DNA from: Octopus bimaculoides
Taxonomy: Eukaryota
Direction: 5' to 3'
NCBI RefSeq assembly: GCF_001194135.2
Contig: NC_068992.1
Span: forward strand, 7,817,588 to 7,881,587
Length of the DNA stretch: 64,000 bases
Position numbers and translations under genes: made by a program. Below, in pieces: positions 63,164 through 64,000 of the stretch (within the stretch, counting starts at the first letter, position 1; each line of letters starts with the position of its first letter). Below the pieces are notes generated by a model, which was not told the origin of the DNA, made no database searches, and was given only the letters and a program-made list of their open reading frames with translations.

Positions 63164-63935
63164 TTGCTGACAAGATCGTTCAAGAAATTATATTGAGTAA
63201 AGAACAAGAATGATTTTAAAATGCCTGTCTGAAAGACCTGTTGACTCCAACAACAAGAACAGCAACAATGATATTACTCCTAATGATAATATTTTCATTA
63301 GTACAGCAACTAATACAAAATTAAACTATAAATTTCGCTAGTGCATGTATGTCCATTGCTAAACAACGTTATTTAATTAATTATTTATTATTAATTAATT
63401 TTTTTTAAATGCTTCATCCGCTAATTCTGTACTAATCCTGCATACATTTTTCAAACATGAAAAAAATCTATAAAAAGTTTGAAGATGAGGAAAAAGATTT
63501 ATTTTCAAGAAGTTGGGTTTGGTAGAACTTGATAATGGTAGGTATTGGAATAGATATCTGAAGTTGAAAGAACTGTAAAGGGATTAAAACTGGGGAATAG
63601 CAAACAATTCTAGAAATACTGTGTGATTGCGTAATTAAGGTGGTTTTGATAGAATAGAATAGCCTTGAAATGCGAGGATATGGCTATATTAATTACTGAA
63701 GAGTACTGGATATAAAGAGGTGAAAAGAGGTGGAAAGCTGTCGTGGATACGGTGCGTCATAAGGGTGCATATGTGCTGGGAATACTTTTACCTACGTACC
63801 TGTCTGTACGTGTACATAGTTGGAATTATTTCCAGAGCAACTTCGATATGACAATGTAAGCAATTTAAGCACAAATTAATTTGCTACTCATAAACACACC
63901 GAGAGTCATACACTTGCGTACACGTACATGTATTA

Positions 63936-64000
<65 letters not shown>

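Overview
AT-rich, microsatellite- and SINE-dense animal genomic DNA with several N-gaps. The SINE families and an ALDH-derived omega-crystallin point to an octopus (coleoid cephalopod); this is inferred. I reconstructed three spliced protein-coding genes by hand with GT-AG boundaries and continuous frames. (1) ARMC9 (LisH/ARM ciliary protein), minus strand, 16 coding exons from ATG 17728 to 182, running off the window start. (2) A 428-aa serine beta-lactamase/PBP-like protein, plus strand, 8 exons, 26842-36207, with SxxK, YxX and HxG motifs intact. (3) A 495-aa ALDH1/2-family protein, plus strand, 14 exons, 48933-63163, whose catalytic Cys is replaced by Arg (GQCRWSG), the hallmark of cephalopod omega-crystallin. 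Mobile DNA: three tRNA-derived SINE families, a composite Helitron with a PIF1-helicase remnant, an ORF1-only Tx1/L1-like element inserted into a SINE head with a ~21-bp TSD, R4/Dong-like and RTE fragments, Penelope-type repeats with hammerhead-like motifs, and a ~700-bp foldback. Top observations: a tandem duplication of the omega-crystallin promoter plus first coding exon (CRE-TATA-exon 1), a candidate RFX X-box upstream of ARMC9, and a 14-exon ALDH structure that appears to keep introns lost reciprocally in vertebrate ALDH1A and ALDH2. Identities come from recalled family motifs; no database search was run. No CRISPR, rRNA or true tRNA gene is supported.
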